A stretch of 41,975 bases of DNA from Octopus bimaculoides (lineage: Eukaryota): the NCBI RefSeq assembly GCF_001194135.2, contig NC_069003.1, positions 36,999,567-37,041,541 on the forward strand. Direction: 5' to 3'. The notes beneath the pieces were generated by a model. It saw only the letters and a program-made list of their open reading frames with translations. It did no database searches and was not told where the DNA came from. The position numbers were made by a program, and so were the translations under genes. Below, in pieces: positions 1 through 12,121 of the stretch (the stretch's first letter is position 1; each line of letters opens with the position of its first letter).

Positions 1-275
1 AGCGAGATCGTTGCCAGTGCCCCTGGACTGGCTTGTGCGGGTGGCACATAAAAGACACCATTTCGAGCGTGGCCGTTTTCGTGCGGGTGACACGTAAAAG
101 CACCCACTACACTCTCTGAGTGGTTGGCGTTAGGAAGGGCATCCAGCTGTAGAAACTCTGCCAAATCAGACTGGAGCCTGGTGTTGCCATCCGGTTTCAC
201 CAGTCCTCAGTCAAATCGTCCAACCCATGCTAGCATGGAAAGCGGACGTTAAACGATGATGATGATGATGATGAT
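1..275 (+). mobile_element. 3' end of the same LINE family, in an ELOF1 intron
   Basis: Matches 10371-10645 with 3 substitutions by manual comparison; ends in (GAT)7 at 255-275. Confidence 0.93.
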
Positions 276-306
276 TTCTGTATGTAAATTACTTTGTATT
301 TTTCAG

Positions 307-906
<600 letters not shown>

Positions 907-1829
907 GATCTTCCAACACTTCTTGTTAAGGTTCATATAAAAAACATTCAGCTGCTGCTTAGGAATGGGGTGGGGGTGGGGGTGTGGCTTTTTTAACCTG
1001 TGAAATAATACCAGCCCACCCCCACCCCCTCAACACAATATCTGCAAATCAGATGTCCTTTCTTTTTTTTTTTTTTACTTCATCATTTTAACCTTCTTCA
1101 CCTTCAATTTTTTTTTTTAATCTCTTCTCTGGGTGTCCCTTTTTTCTTATCATCCCTTCATCATTTTTATCATTCTCCCCCAAAGAAAATCTTACTCAGT
1201 TTTACACCTGGCTGCTTGCAACATTAGTTAAGTCTCCTCCCTGCCACACTTTTCTTTTTTTTTTCCTTCCTTCCTTCCTTCCTTCCACCCTTCTTTCATT
1301 CATATTCATTAAAACCATCTGAAAGTTATTTAAAATGTCAAATCAACTAATGCTTGTTTTTTTTTGTTTTTTTTCCTCTCGTATCTAAGTTCTCCAGTTG
1401 ATTCTTTCAACTAAAAAATTCAAGGCGGTGCCCCAGCATGGCCGCAGTCTATTAACTGAAACAAGTAAAAGACTCCCCACTGATTTATGGGCAAACATAA
1501 CCGTTGAACGAATGGTGTCGTTTGTTTGCAATCATTGGTGAAAAAGAATTGTGTTGGGTCATTGTTTGTGTTTGAAGGAATCGGGGGAAAATGTTACCTG
1601 GATTCCAAACAGGTGAGACCAGGAAACGGAATCTGGTCAAAGAAATTCTGCCTCATTAAAAATGATGATCATCAAATGCAAAATATATATTTAAAATGAA
1701 GTTAGCAATCCCTGCTTTAGTTTTGTTTTCTCTCTCTGTCCTTCAAGCAAAACTGATGCCATTTAAATTGTTTTCTCTTCTCAGCATTATATATATATAT
1801 ATGTATGTATATGTATAAATTTAACTTTG

Positions 1830-2150
1830 TAGCACTGTGGTCTCCGGTTCAGTCTCACTCTGTGACATCTTGGACAAGTGTCTTTTACTATCGCCTGGAC
1901 TAATCGATATTTTGTGAGTTAATTTGATGGATGGAAACTGCGTGGAAACCCATGTGTGTGCATGTATTTGTTCCCCCCACTCTACAGTGCTTAACAACTG
2001 GGGTTGGTTTATTTACATCCCTGTAATTTTGTGGTTCAGCAAAAGGGGCTGCTAGAATTAGTATTGGGGGGTGGGGTGATTTGTTCAACTAAACCATCCA
2101 AAGTTGTGCCCCAGCATGGCCTCTATACAATGACTGAAACAAGGAAAAGA
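1830..2150 (+). mobile_element. tRNA-derived SINE, family 1 (CORE-like centre, central microsatellite)
   Basis: GGTTCAGTC.CACT...CTTGG.CAAGTGTCTT...GGAAACTG...CCCCAGCATGGCC...GACTGAAACAAG. Related copies at about 1400-1470, 3810-3900, 6390-6460, 7543-7690, 12948-13135, 16035-16200, 16920-17180, 17505-17735, 19470-19700, 38880-39040, 40545-40755 (+) and 10665-10775, 20395-20470 (-). Coordinates approximate. Confidence 0.8.
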
Positions 2151-2231
2151 TATGATGTACACATGTTTATATGTAGTAGTTAAGAGTTCAATTCCTACAA
2201 TAGCTATTTAACTATTTTATATATATCTAAT

Positions 2232-2343
2232 GGTTTTTGTGTGTTTCTTAAATGGCTTATAAACACCTTCCATGCTGCAATTGTTTTCGTTCCAGCACAC
2301 GATCTCAGATCAGGTCACTTGCTATGCAAGTACATCTCCGTAA
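2232..2343. mobile_element. Solo arm of the palindromic MITE family
   Basis: GGTTTTTGTGTGTTTCTTAAATGGCTTATAAACACCTTCC...CAATTG...TCAGATCAGGTCACTTGCTATG...GTACATCTCCGTAA is homologous to the reverse complement of 35166-35280. Confidence 0.82.
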
Positions 2344-2776
2344 AATATGTATATAATTGTGAAAGAGGACAATAGCCTTTTCAAAGACAGGGATTAATCA
2401 AATGACAAACTGGGGATTTGATGTAATCATTCCTGCCTCCCTGCAATACGTGGTCGATTGCTTCTGTTTGAAACCATTATTTCTGGCTCTTTATATTCCG
2501 AGTTCAAATCTCACTGAGATTCACTTTGCCTTTCATCCTTGATAAAATAAAGGACCAGTCAAATAAAGCCTTGTGCCTGTAGTAGCAAGGATTATCATTA
2601 TTATTAACTGTGGATTGGTAAATCACATCCCTTTACATTCTGAGTTCAAATCCCACTTGGGTCAAATGTGCTTTTCTTCCTTCAGAGGATTATAAAGTAT
2701 CGACCAAGTATTGGAGTTAATTCCATTGCTGGGTCTCTGTCCCCAAAGTTGTGGCCTTTTCCCAAAGGTAGAAATA

Positions 2777-2927
2777 AGCGTGGCCGTTTTCGTGCGGGTG
2801 ACACGTAAAAGCACCCACTACACTTTCTGAGTGGTTGGCGTTAGGAAGGGCATCCAGCTGTAGAAACTCTGCCAAATTGGATTGGAGCCTGGCGTTGCCA
2901 TCCGGTTTCACCAGTCCTCAGTCAAAT
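2777..2927 (+). mobile_element. Internal fragment of the same LINE 3' UTR, lacking the tail
   Basis: AGCGTGGCCGTTTTCGTGCGGGTGACACG...CCTCAGTCAAAT, near-identical to about 66-217; abuts a SINE 3' end at 2776. Confidence 0.88.
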
Positions 2928-4752
2928 TGTTAAAGTCAAACAAAATACCCTGTAGTATTTGTTCTGAGTCCTAATCCTATCAAGACCAACTTTGCCTTTC
3001 GTCCTGTTGGAGTCAGATAAAACAAGGCACCAGTCAATTTGTCCCCCCCCACTCTCCTCAAATTGCTGGCCTTGATGTGTAAATTAGAATTATTCTAATC
3101 ACATTTGTTCCAGTTGGCCAGTTTTAGTTGATTTATTTTTACTGAAAAATTATCATTGCTGACCAAATATGAAATAAAAACATAAAACAAAATAATTGTC
3201 TATGCTTAATAATAATAATAATAATGTATACTTTAGTAGTCTTTATATCATCTTGTATGCAGCAGAAACAATTAGATTAAAACAGGTATTTATATACCAT
3301 ATTTAATGTAAATAGATCGTGATAGGATGAAAGTAGCAGTAAATTCGCTTGAGGTAACACTTCCTATGGACTGATGTGTCTTCTGAAGCACAGCAAATCA
3401 CCAACAGACGTCACTTGTCATTGCTTCCATCCTCTCATCCCACCTTTGCCATTTTCTCAGTGATTGGAATCTTAAAACATTGATCTGTTATGTTTGTCAC
3501 TGAGATCGAGCATCACATTGCTTTTTTTTCAAACCAATTCTTCTGCCTAGAAGCTGGTTACACCCTCTGCTTAGAGATTGCTAACAGATCAGAAAATATA
3601 AATGCTATTTGTTGGCAGAACCAGTCCCTCGACCACAAAATGTCATCTTATTTTTAAAAGGATTAGAAAAATTGCTCCTTTCTACCAAAAAAAGGTTACA
3701 TTATTAATGTCTAGGGTTGGCTTTGGAAATGGAGTAAAAGAAAAACAAAATCCTAATATTTGTTTGTTTTATTCCCCCCCCCCCCCATCAACTTGTTTTT
3801 ATGGATGGAGACCTGGTTTTGTGGTTAAGACAGTGGCTTCCCAACCACAAGATTACAGGTTCAGTTTCACCGTGGGGCACCTCTTTCAAGACCTTGTACA
3901 AGAAGGTTAAGCTGGACATAAAAAAAAAAGGTTCTCATCTCTAAATTGTAAGAGAGTGGTAGGAGATGCTTTTGAACCCTGGTTGAAATTGGCAGAGGAG
4001 GGTTCCCTGTGGGAGCCTCATATGTTGTACAATATAAAAGAGAAAAAAAACAAAAAACAAGATACAAGAAAGATTGTTTTTCAGTAACAAAACTTATTCC
4101 TGTGTTTATTGCTTGGAATGAAATCATTGTTAGGGTGAAATTAAGGGGACAACCAGGTGTTGAGAGAGAGAGTCTCTTGGATACAGAGACTGTGTGTGTG
4201 TGGGGGGAGGGGTAATGAAGTGAAGAGGGAAGAAAGGAAAGTAGGGGGCAGGGGGAATGAAAGATGACCAAGGGGAGAAGAAATAAAAGAAATCCATCAG
4301 AATTGGACAGGGAACAAAAACTTAAAAGAAGCAAAGAATATGATGTTTTGTTTTTTTAAAATTCATATTATGCAGTTANNNNNNNNNNNNNNNNNNNNNN
4401 NNNNNNNNNNNNNNNNNNNNNNNNNNNNNNNNNNNNNNNNNNNNNNNNNNNNNNNNNNNNNNNNNNNNNNNNNNNNNNNNNNNNNNNNNNNNNNNNNNNN
4501 NNNNNNNNNNNNNNNNNNNNNNNNNNNNNNNNNNNNNNNNNAAAATTTTGAAAACTAAAAAAAAAAGAAAGGAAAGTTCTTGATAAATAAGTATTTACAA
4601 ATTGTAATGATCACAGCAGAAATTTCAATATAATTTTAAACGAGAACGAACAAAAATAGAAGTATTTTTAAACGCAAACAAACAGAACATTTGATGATGA
4701 GGATGATGATACTGATGATGGTGATGATGATGGTGATGACAGCAGATGACCT

Positions 4753-5317
4753 TTAAAGGTCAAAAGGATCAATGAAATCCTGTAAAAAGTTAGTCTGTGA
4801 CTGGAATTGAGGTTCCTGCTGGTCCTGCAAACAAAGCGACCGATTCAAGGAGTTGAGGCTGACAAAGTGTGTTTTATGGCTGAGTTCACCACAGCTGTGT
4901 AAGGACGAAGCGGCAAGATTGCGGACTTCCATGTTGTTCATTGAGCAAACTGGATCCGACCGTCTCCGCTGAGAGAAATGATTGCGCAAAGCTTTGGAGG
5001 AGAGGATCTTACCAGAGTCCAAGATTTTACTAGAATCTAGTCTTTGGAAAAGACTTGAAGAGTGACAGATTTTACTGGACTCTTCAGAGTTGAGCCCTGA
5101 TGGTGCCGAGGCAGAGCTGCATGGAGAATGGTTCGATGCAGCCAAGGAAGTGTACGACTGACATTTTGGGGTAACATTCACTGGATTGGAACTGCTTGAA
5201 TTAGATCGAGAATCATCCAAGCTGTACGGCAACTTGTCTAAAATGAAGTCTGAATAATCCAGTAAAGAATTCCGTTGATGGTTCCTCATTTGAGCTGCAT
5301 CCCCCGATGCCAAATTT
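4753..5317 (-). CDS. SSX2IP: SSX2IP terminal exon, Ser-rich and probably disordered (NLASGDAAQ...QDFIDPFDL*)
   Basis: tttcaacag acceptor, phase 2, 188 codons ending in TAA at 4753-4755; longest gap-free ORF in the window. Confidence 0.88.
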
Positions 5318-8300
5318 CTGTTGAAATAAACAAAAAAAAAAAATGCAATGAAAGAAGGATATACAAACAACTCAACTACTTAGTGAATTAAAAAAGAAAA
5401 CAAAAACTTAAACTACAAAACTGAATAAATAAATAAAGAGAAAAGAAGGAAGAAACAACTGAAAAGCAATAAATTTAAGAAGAAACATTTGTTGTTGGTC
5501 AGAGGTGAGTAATGAGGGGGGGGGCTGCAGGTCTGAAAAGTTCATGCATTTGTTGGCCACTGGGCAGTTGGTGGCTTTTGCATGGACATAAGCTTCATTC
5601 TTTCCNNNNNNNNNNNNNNNNNNNNNNNNNNNNNNNNNNNNNNNNNNNNNNNNNNNNNNNNNNNNNNNNNNNNNNNNNNNNNNNNNNNNNNNNNNNNNNN
5701 NNNNNNNNNNNNNNNNNNNNNNNNNNNNNNNNNNNNNNNNNNNNNNNNNNNNNNNNNNNNNNNNNNNNNNNNNNNNNNNNNNNNNNNNNNNNNNNNNNNN
5801 NNNNNNNNNNNNNNNNNNNNNNNNNNNNNNNNNNNNNNNNNNNNNNNNNNNNNNNNNNNNNNNNNNNNNNNNNNNNNNNNNNNNNNNNNNNNNNNNNNNN
5901 NNNNNNNNNNNNNNNNNNNNNNNNNNNNNNNNNNNNNNNNNNNNNNNNNNNNNNNNNNNNNNNNNNNNNNNNNNNNNNNNNNNNNNNNNNNNNNNNNNNN
6001 NNNNNNNNNNNNNNNNNNNNNNNNNNNNNNNNNNNNNNNNNNNNNNNNNNNNNNNNNNNNNNNNNNNNNNNNNNNNNNNNNNNNNNNNNNNNNNNNNNNN
6101 NNNNNNNNNNNNNNNNNNNNNNNNNNNNNNNNNNNNNNNNNNNNNNNNNNNNNNNNNNNNNNNNNNNNNNNNNNNNNNNNNNNNNNNNNNNNNNNNNNNN
6201 NNNNNNNNNNNNNNNNNNNNNNNNNNNNNNNNNNNNNNNNNNNNNNNNNNNNNNNNNNNNNNNNNNNNNNNNNNNNNNNNNNNNNNNNNNNNNNNNNNNN
6301 NNNNNNNNNNNNNNNNNNNNNNNNNNNNNNNNNNNNNNNNNNNNNNNNNNNNNNNNNNNNNNNNNNNNNNNNNNNNNNNNNGTAGATTAGTTCACCGAAA
6401 TTTCTTAAGGCAGTGTTCCAGCCTGGCCACAGTCCCCTGACTGAAACAAGTAAAAGAAATTTGTTAAGAAGTCCGTAGTACTCAATACCGGTGAGAGATG
6501 GAACAAACAAATTCTAAGGTTTTCGGTTGGAACCTTCGTAGGAAATTGAAAAGAATGGAAGTCGTTCAACTCACTTGCATTTCCGGTGTTCATGACAAGA
6601 GGTTGAATTCTTGAAGACGGTTTCCGTATTTGGAGTGGAATAAGAGTCCAACATGGCTTCACTCGAGGTTGTAGCAGAAAGAAAATCGGTTAAGGCTGAA
6701 ATTTACACAAAATATACCAAAAGTTGTTGTTGTTGTTGTTGATTTGTTTGCTGTTTCTAGTGGACCTTGTCCAAATACCAGGTATTTTTTATAAACTGTC
6801 AACATATTTTCAGTACAACAGGAAAAAACAAAAGACAAAATAATGAATGCAAATATCAGAAGTTTAACCCTTTCACTTAAAGACATTTCTTATTCTTGTT
6901 GCTGTTAACTAATAAAATGTACTGAAGATTGGAAAGAAAGGGATCAGGAGCAGATTCAGGCTGATCCCCAGTTTCATTGACCCTTTAACATTTAAACTGA
7001 ATATATCCAGTCAAAATATCCTCCGTATTTTATGTTCAAATTGTCTGGGTCTGGCTTCTCTTGCCAACCCTACAAGGTCCTTCTAAAAATAAACAATCAC
7101 ATCATTGATATCTCAAAGCTATCAGATAATCCAGGATTAATTGAAAACAATGTGAATAAATAGACATCACATTTGACAGAGAAATCTAAAATGCTAAAAG
7201 GCATGGAACTGAAGACTTTGGAACTAAAAATAAGTGGAATTCATTTCTCACCAGGGAGTAATTCTGCAGGGTTTTTCTTGGGAGTCAATTCCAGGAACTG
7301 CTGCTTCATCTGGTTACATTTCTCCAGGTTAAAAAGCTTTTTCTGTTGACAAATAAATTTGAAAAAACAATCAAAGAAAAGGCAACAGAAGTTGTGAAGT
7401 GGAAGAGATGAGAGATGTTTAGTGAAAAGGAGGGGGGGGGGACACTGATATTGCCTCTGCAGCCAAGGATGCAGGACATATTAAGCCCATGGATGCTGCA
7501 AAACTATTATTAAACATTTGAAGTGGGAAAGAAGCAAGCATGGCTGTGTGTGTTTGAAAAGTTTGCTTCCCAACTCTGTGGTTTCAGCACCTTGGCCAAG
7601 TGTCTTCTGTTGGAGCCCCAGGATGATCAAAGCCTTGCAAGTGGATTTGGGAGATGGAAACTAAAAGAAGCCCATTGTGTACACACACAGGTGTCTCCTC
7701 ATCTTAACATTGTGTTAGAGGTGTGAACGAGTGTCACCATCAGAGAAATATTGTGTTTCCAATCTTCCAGGTCCAGCCACAGGAAACTATTGCTTTGCAT
7801 GGAAACAGGAGAGGGCTGACATCAAATTTTCCTCAACTAATTCCATCTGACCCATGCAAGCATGGAAAAGTGGACGTTAAACAGAAAAAAAAAAAACAAC
7901 TTTAGATCCTGGGAATCACCTACCTCTTCAGCTAATTGCATGGCTTCATTCAGATGCTGTAACCTTTCTTTCTCAAAGTTTCCTTTTGCCTCCAAGAAAA
8001 GCTTCTTTTTGATTTCCAGTTGTTCGTATTCTTGAATTAATTGCGTTTCATGAAGAAACGAGTTGCTTGAATTCTCAGTTGGCGCTTTCTTGGCAAACTT
8101 CTATAAATGGCAATCAGAAAGAAGAGAAAAAAAAACAATCTATTAAAATTAGGGACTCGTTTAGAAATGCTTTAATTCAACAACAAACAAAACAAGTTAA
8201 TGAAGGGCCCTCTATACTGTCATTTACCATGCTAGAAATGGGAGCTATATCTCTCAAACTATCACCTCAAAAATGAATGATACAATAGAGACTCTGATAT

Positions 8301-11300
8301 ACAAGAATATTGAACGGGATGGTCATGGCTGGAATGCCTTTGTCATAGCTTCCTTGTTTGACCGAAATGGAGCTAAGAAACATCACATGATGAAATGATT
8401 ATGAAGATTTCTGAGCAAAGAAAACATTGCCAATCTTGTATTGTTTCTATCCCAGTCAATGTTAAAGAAACCAACCATATTTGATAGAAGACAAAGAAAA
8501 AGGAGTGATGGAGGGGGGGTATGCAAAAATGCTTTAAATATTATTATGCTCCAATATGCCTGTGTATCTTTTTTCAGCATCAAATGATTACAGCAGCAGC
8601 GCAGAAGATTCTCACCTGCAAGGTTTCCTCTTGGAAAGCAACCAATTCTTTATACTGTTGAAGTTTTGTCTTGAGTAAATCCAGTTCTGATTCTTGTTCA
8701 GCATCTAAAGTTTTAGCACTTGCTTTCTCAGGATCTGATAAAATATTGAAAAATAAGGTTATTAAAAGCTTCATCTAGGTCAATCATTGAGTGAATTTCC
8801 AGTAGCAAGTGGGTAATGGAATGTGTGTGTGTTCCTTTGTCACAAATAACCACAAAATATCTGTTCAAACAGAATGGTTTATCTTTCCCTGATATCACTG
8901 TGACACATGGAAAACAATCAACACAGTTGCAGTGATTGGCAAAAGATTATAAATCATGTCACCCACCAGACGATCGGAGGTCGTTATACAACACTGATCA
9001 CAATAGGCTGGCTGGGTGAGCAGGCCCACATTGCCCCTGGATGGGATGCTAGTCCACCACAGGGTTACCCATTCACAGCTGAGTGGACTGGAGCAACACA
9101 AAATGAAGTGCTTTGCTCAAGAACACAACATGCAACCAGTCTGGGAATCAAACAACAGAATCTAACACACCTTACCACTAGGCCACACATCTTCACATTA
9201 TAAAGATAAGCCATTGGGTTTTATATTTATATATACCTCCGGGTAGAGGTAGGGGTCCACCAAGGTTCCGTCCTCAGCCCCCTCTTATTTTTCATAGTCC
9301 TCCAGGCAATCACAGAGGAGTTCAAGACAGGTTGCCCCTGGGAGCTCCTCTATGCTGATGACCTTGCCCTAATTGCGGAGTCACTATCAGAACTAGAGAA
9401 GTTTCAAGTGTGGAAGCAAGGTCTAGAATTGAAGGGCCTTAGAGTCAACCTAGCTAAAACCAAAATCCTAATAAATAGGAAGGTAGATAAAACACAAACC
9501 CCTTCAGGTAGATGGCCCTGCTCAGTATGTAGAAAAGGAGTAGGTAGTAACTCTATAAGATGTACCNNNNNNNNNNNNNNNNNNNNNNNNNNNNNNNNNN
9601 NNNNNNNNNNNNNNNNNNNNNNNNNNNNNNNNNNNNNNNNNNNNNNNNNNNNNNNNNNNNNNNNNNNNNNNNNNNNNNNNNNNNNNNNNNNNNNNNNNNN
9701 NNNNNNNNNNNNNNNNNNNNNNNNNNNNNNNNNNNNNNNNNNNNNNNNNNNNNNNNNNNNNNNNNNNNNNNNNNNNNNNNNNNNNNNNNNNNNNNNNNNN
9801 NNNNNNNNNNNNNNNNNNNNNNNNNNNNNNNNNNNNNNNNNNNNNNNNNNNNNNNNNNNNNNNNNNNNNNNNNNNNNNNNNNNNNNNNNNNNNNNNNNNN
9901 NNNNNNNNNNNNNNNNNNNNNNNNNNNNNNNNNNNNNNNNNNNNNNNNNNNNNNNNNNNNNNNNNNNNNNNNNNNNNNNNNNNNNNNNNNNNNNNNNNNN
10001 NNNNNNNNNNNNNNNNNNNNNNNNNNNNNNNNNNNNNNNNNNNNNNNNNNNNNNNNNNNNNNNNNNNNNNNNNNNNNNNNNNNNNNNNNNNNNNNNNNNN
10101 NNNNNNNNNNNNNNNNNNNNNNNNNNNNNNNNNNNNNNNNNNNNNNNNNNNNNNNNNNNNNNNNNNNNNNNNNNNNNNNNNNNNNNNNNNNNNNNNNNNN
10201 NNNNNNNNNNNNNNNNNNNNNNNNNNNNNNNNNNNNNNNNNNNNNNNNNNNNNNNNNNNNNNNNNNNNNNNNNNNNNNNNNNNNNNNNNNNNNNNNNNNN
10301 NNNNNNNNNNNNNNNNNNNNNGAGCGTGGCCGTTGCCAGTACCGCCTGACTGGCTCCCGTAGGATTTTCGAGCGAGATCGTTGCCAGTGCCCCTGGACTG
10401 GCTTGTGCGGGTGGCACATAAAAGACACCATTTCAAGCGTGGCCGTTTTCGTGCGGGTGACACGTAAAAGCACCCACTACACTCTCTGAGTGGTTGGCGT
10501 TAGGAAGGGCATCCAGCTGTAGAAACTCTGCCAAATTAGATTGGAGCCTGGTGTTGCCATCCGGTTTCACCAGTCCTCAGTCAAATCGTCCAACCCATGC
10601 TAGCATGGAAAGCGGACGTTAAACGATGATGATGATGATGATGATGATATCTATTGCCAAATTTTACTGAAGGTATTGGCTAGCACAAAGTTATAGTAGA
10701 AGACACTTGTCCAAGGAGCTGTGCAGTAAGATTGAAACCAAGACCATGTGGTTGTGAAGTAAATTTACTTCCACCTTCCACATTTTGTTTATTTTTCTTT
10801 CCAGCTGCGAGATTCCATTCAAGAGCAAGATGAAGCTCCAACATTTGCAGAGTTCTCCCATTCATCTGGGTCAATTGCACATTTGGCAGGATTCTCTCTT
10901 GTCCTTGGGGGATCAGTTCTGGTCATTTGTACCCAGGTAGAACTGAACTTGGAACACAAACAATTACAAGAGATGCTGCAAATAGCCTGCCTGATCTTCA
11001 AACAATTCTTCTAATCCAATCTTCTGGACCGAAATTAATAATTTGCTGCCTTGTTAAACAACATTAAATCCTAACTGACCAATGTTCCACTAACTCGTGT
11101 GTTCTGCTAAGCTGTTGGTGCTGGGGTGAAATCCTACCATAGATTAGCAGGAAATGGTTACCCTTTGTGCCTTCGATAGTTAATTAACGCAACACAATAA
11201 TTACCTTTAATGTTGTTCTCCAGATAATTGTGAAGGGTCGTACAGTATCGATTAAGCTTTTGGAGTAATTTTTGGCACTTTGTAAATGACACACAAGTTT

Positions 11301-12084
11301 CATCTGTAAAGAAACCAACAACATATACTCATAAGAATTATTTCTTACAAACAAAAAGGTCATAAATTTGGGGAGGGAGGCATGGTTGGAAGTCAGCGGA
11401 ATTGGAACTCAGAGCGAAGCGACAGATGAAATAACAATAACTACATTTAAGTTCATTGGAAATTGAATGGCAGCCTCTTTATACTTACATCCACTTTCAC
11501 TTGGGTTGAAAGAACTCTTGCCTTCAGCCACGTCCATCTCTTCTGCATCACTTTCAGAATCTACTTCGTTTACAACATGCATCTGAAAGGAACACAAAAC
11601 AGAGTGATACAGATGTATACAGGTGGTGGTGGTTGTTGCAGTGAGTCATTCCAGCCATGACCATCCCATTTTTTTTCTACATGCAGAGAACCCAGAGTGT
11701 CCTTTTTTAATCTTGTAGGATATGATTTGATGGAACTTGGCTACTATTTTTAGCAAGTCAAATAAACATATGGAGACTTCCTCATTGACTCAAGTTGTGG
11801 TGATGGGGAACATCACTATGGTAACGTTGAAAGTAGGAGGTGGGTGGGTGTTGGAATATAAAGCTGGCAACACTGGTGGCCCAAGACTTGTTATATAAGT
11901 ATAAGAGTTCTTCCCTTTTATATTGCTGTCAATTAATTCCAAAGTACATAATTACAGTTAAATTACTTCAGAATGCATTAAACTCATCAAAGTCCATAAC
12001 TGCAAGAATACATCAAAGTACATAATTTCAAACTGGTTTCACTTCTTACAGAAGATATTCCTTACACTGTGTGTGTATGTATGC

Positions 12085-12121
<37 letters not shown>

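Noticed and set aside
3867-4334. 155-aa minus-strand ORF downstream of SSX2IP
   Set aside because: Low-complexity pyrimidine-rich sequence plus a SINE fragment; likely UTR or intergenic.
4638-4752. In-frame hydrophobic extension after the SSX2IP stop (RSSAVITIIITIISIIILIIK...), resembling a readthrough transmembrane tail
   Set aside because: It is produced by an (ATC)n microsatellite, and TAA-A is a poor readthrough context.
5512-6510. Long ORFs of 250-340 aa here and at 9404-10489, 23930-24423, 27514-28379, 34754-35205 and 40586-41293
   Set aside because: They are open only because N runs translate as X. The only real coding part is the LINE RT at 9240-9566.
11409-11488. Extending the 11582 exon to AAT|GTAGTT at 11445
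   Set aside because: The GTAAGT donor at 11488 is stronger, and its phase gives the family-like translation of the next exon.
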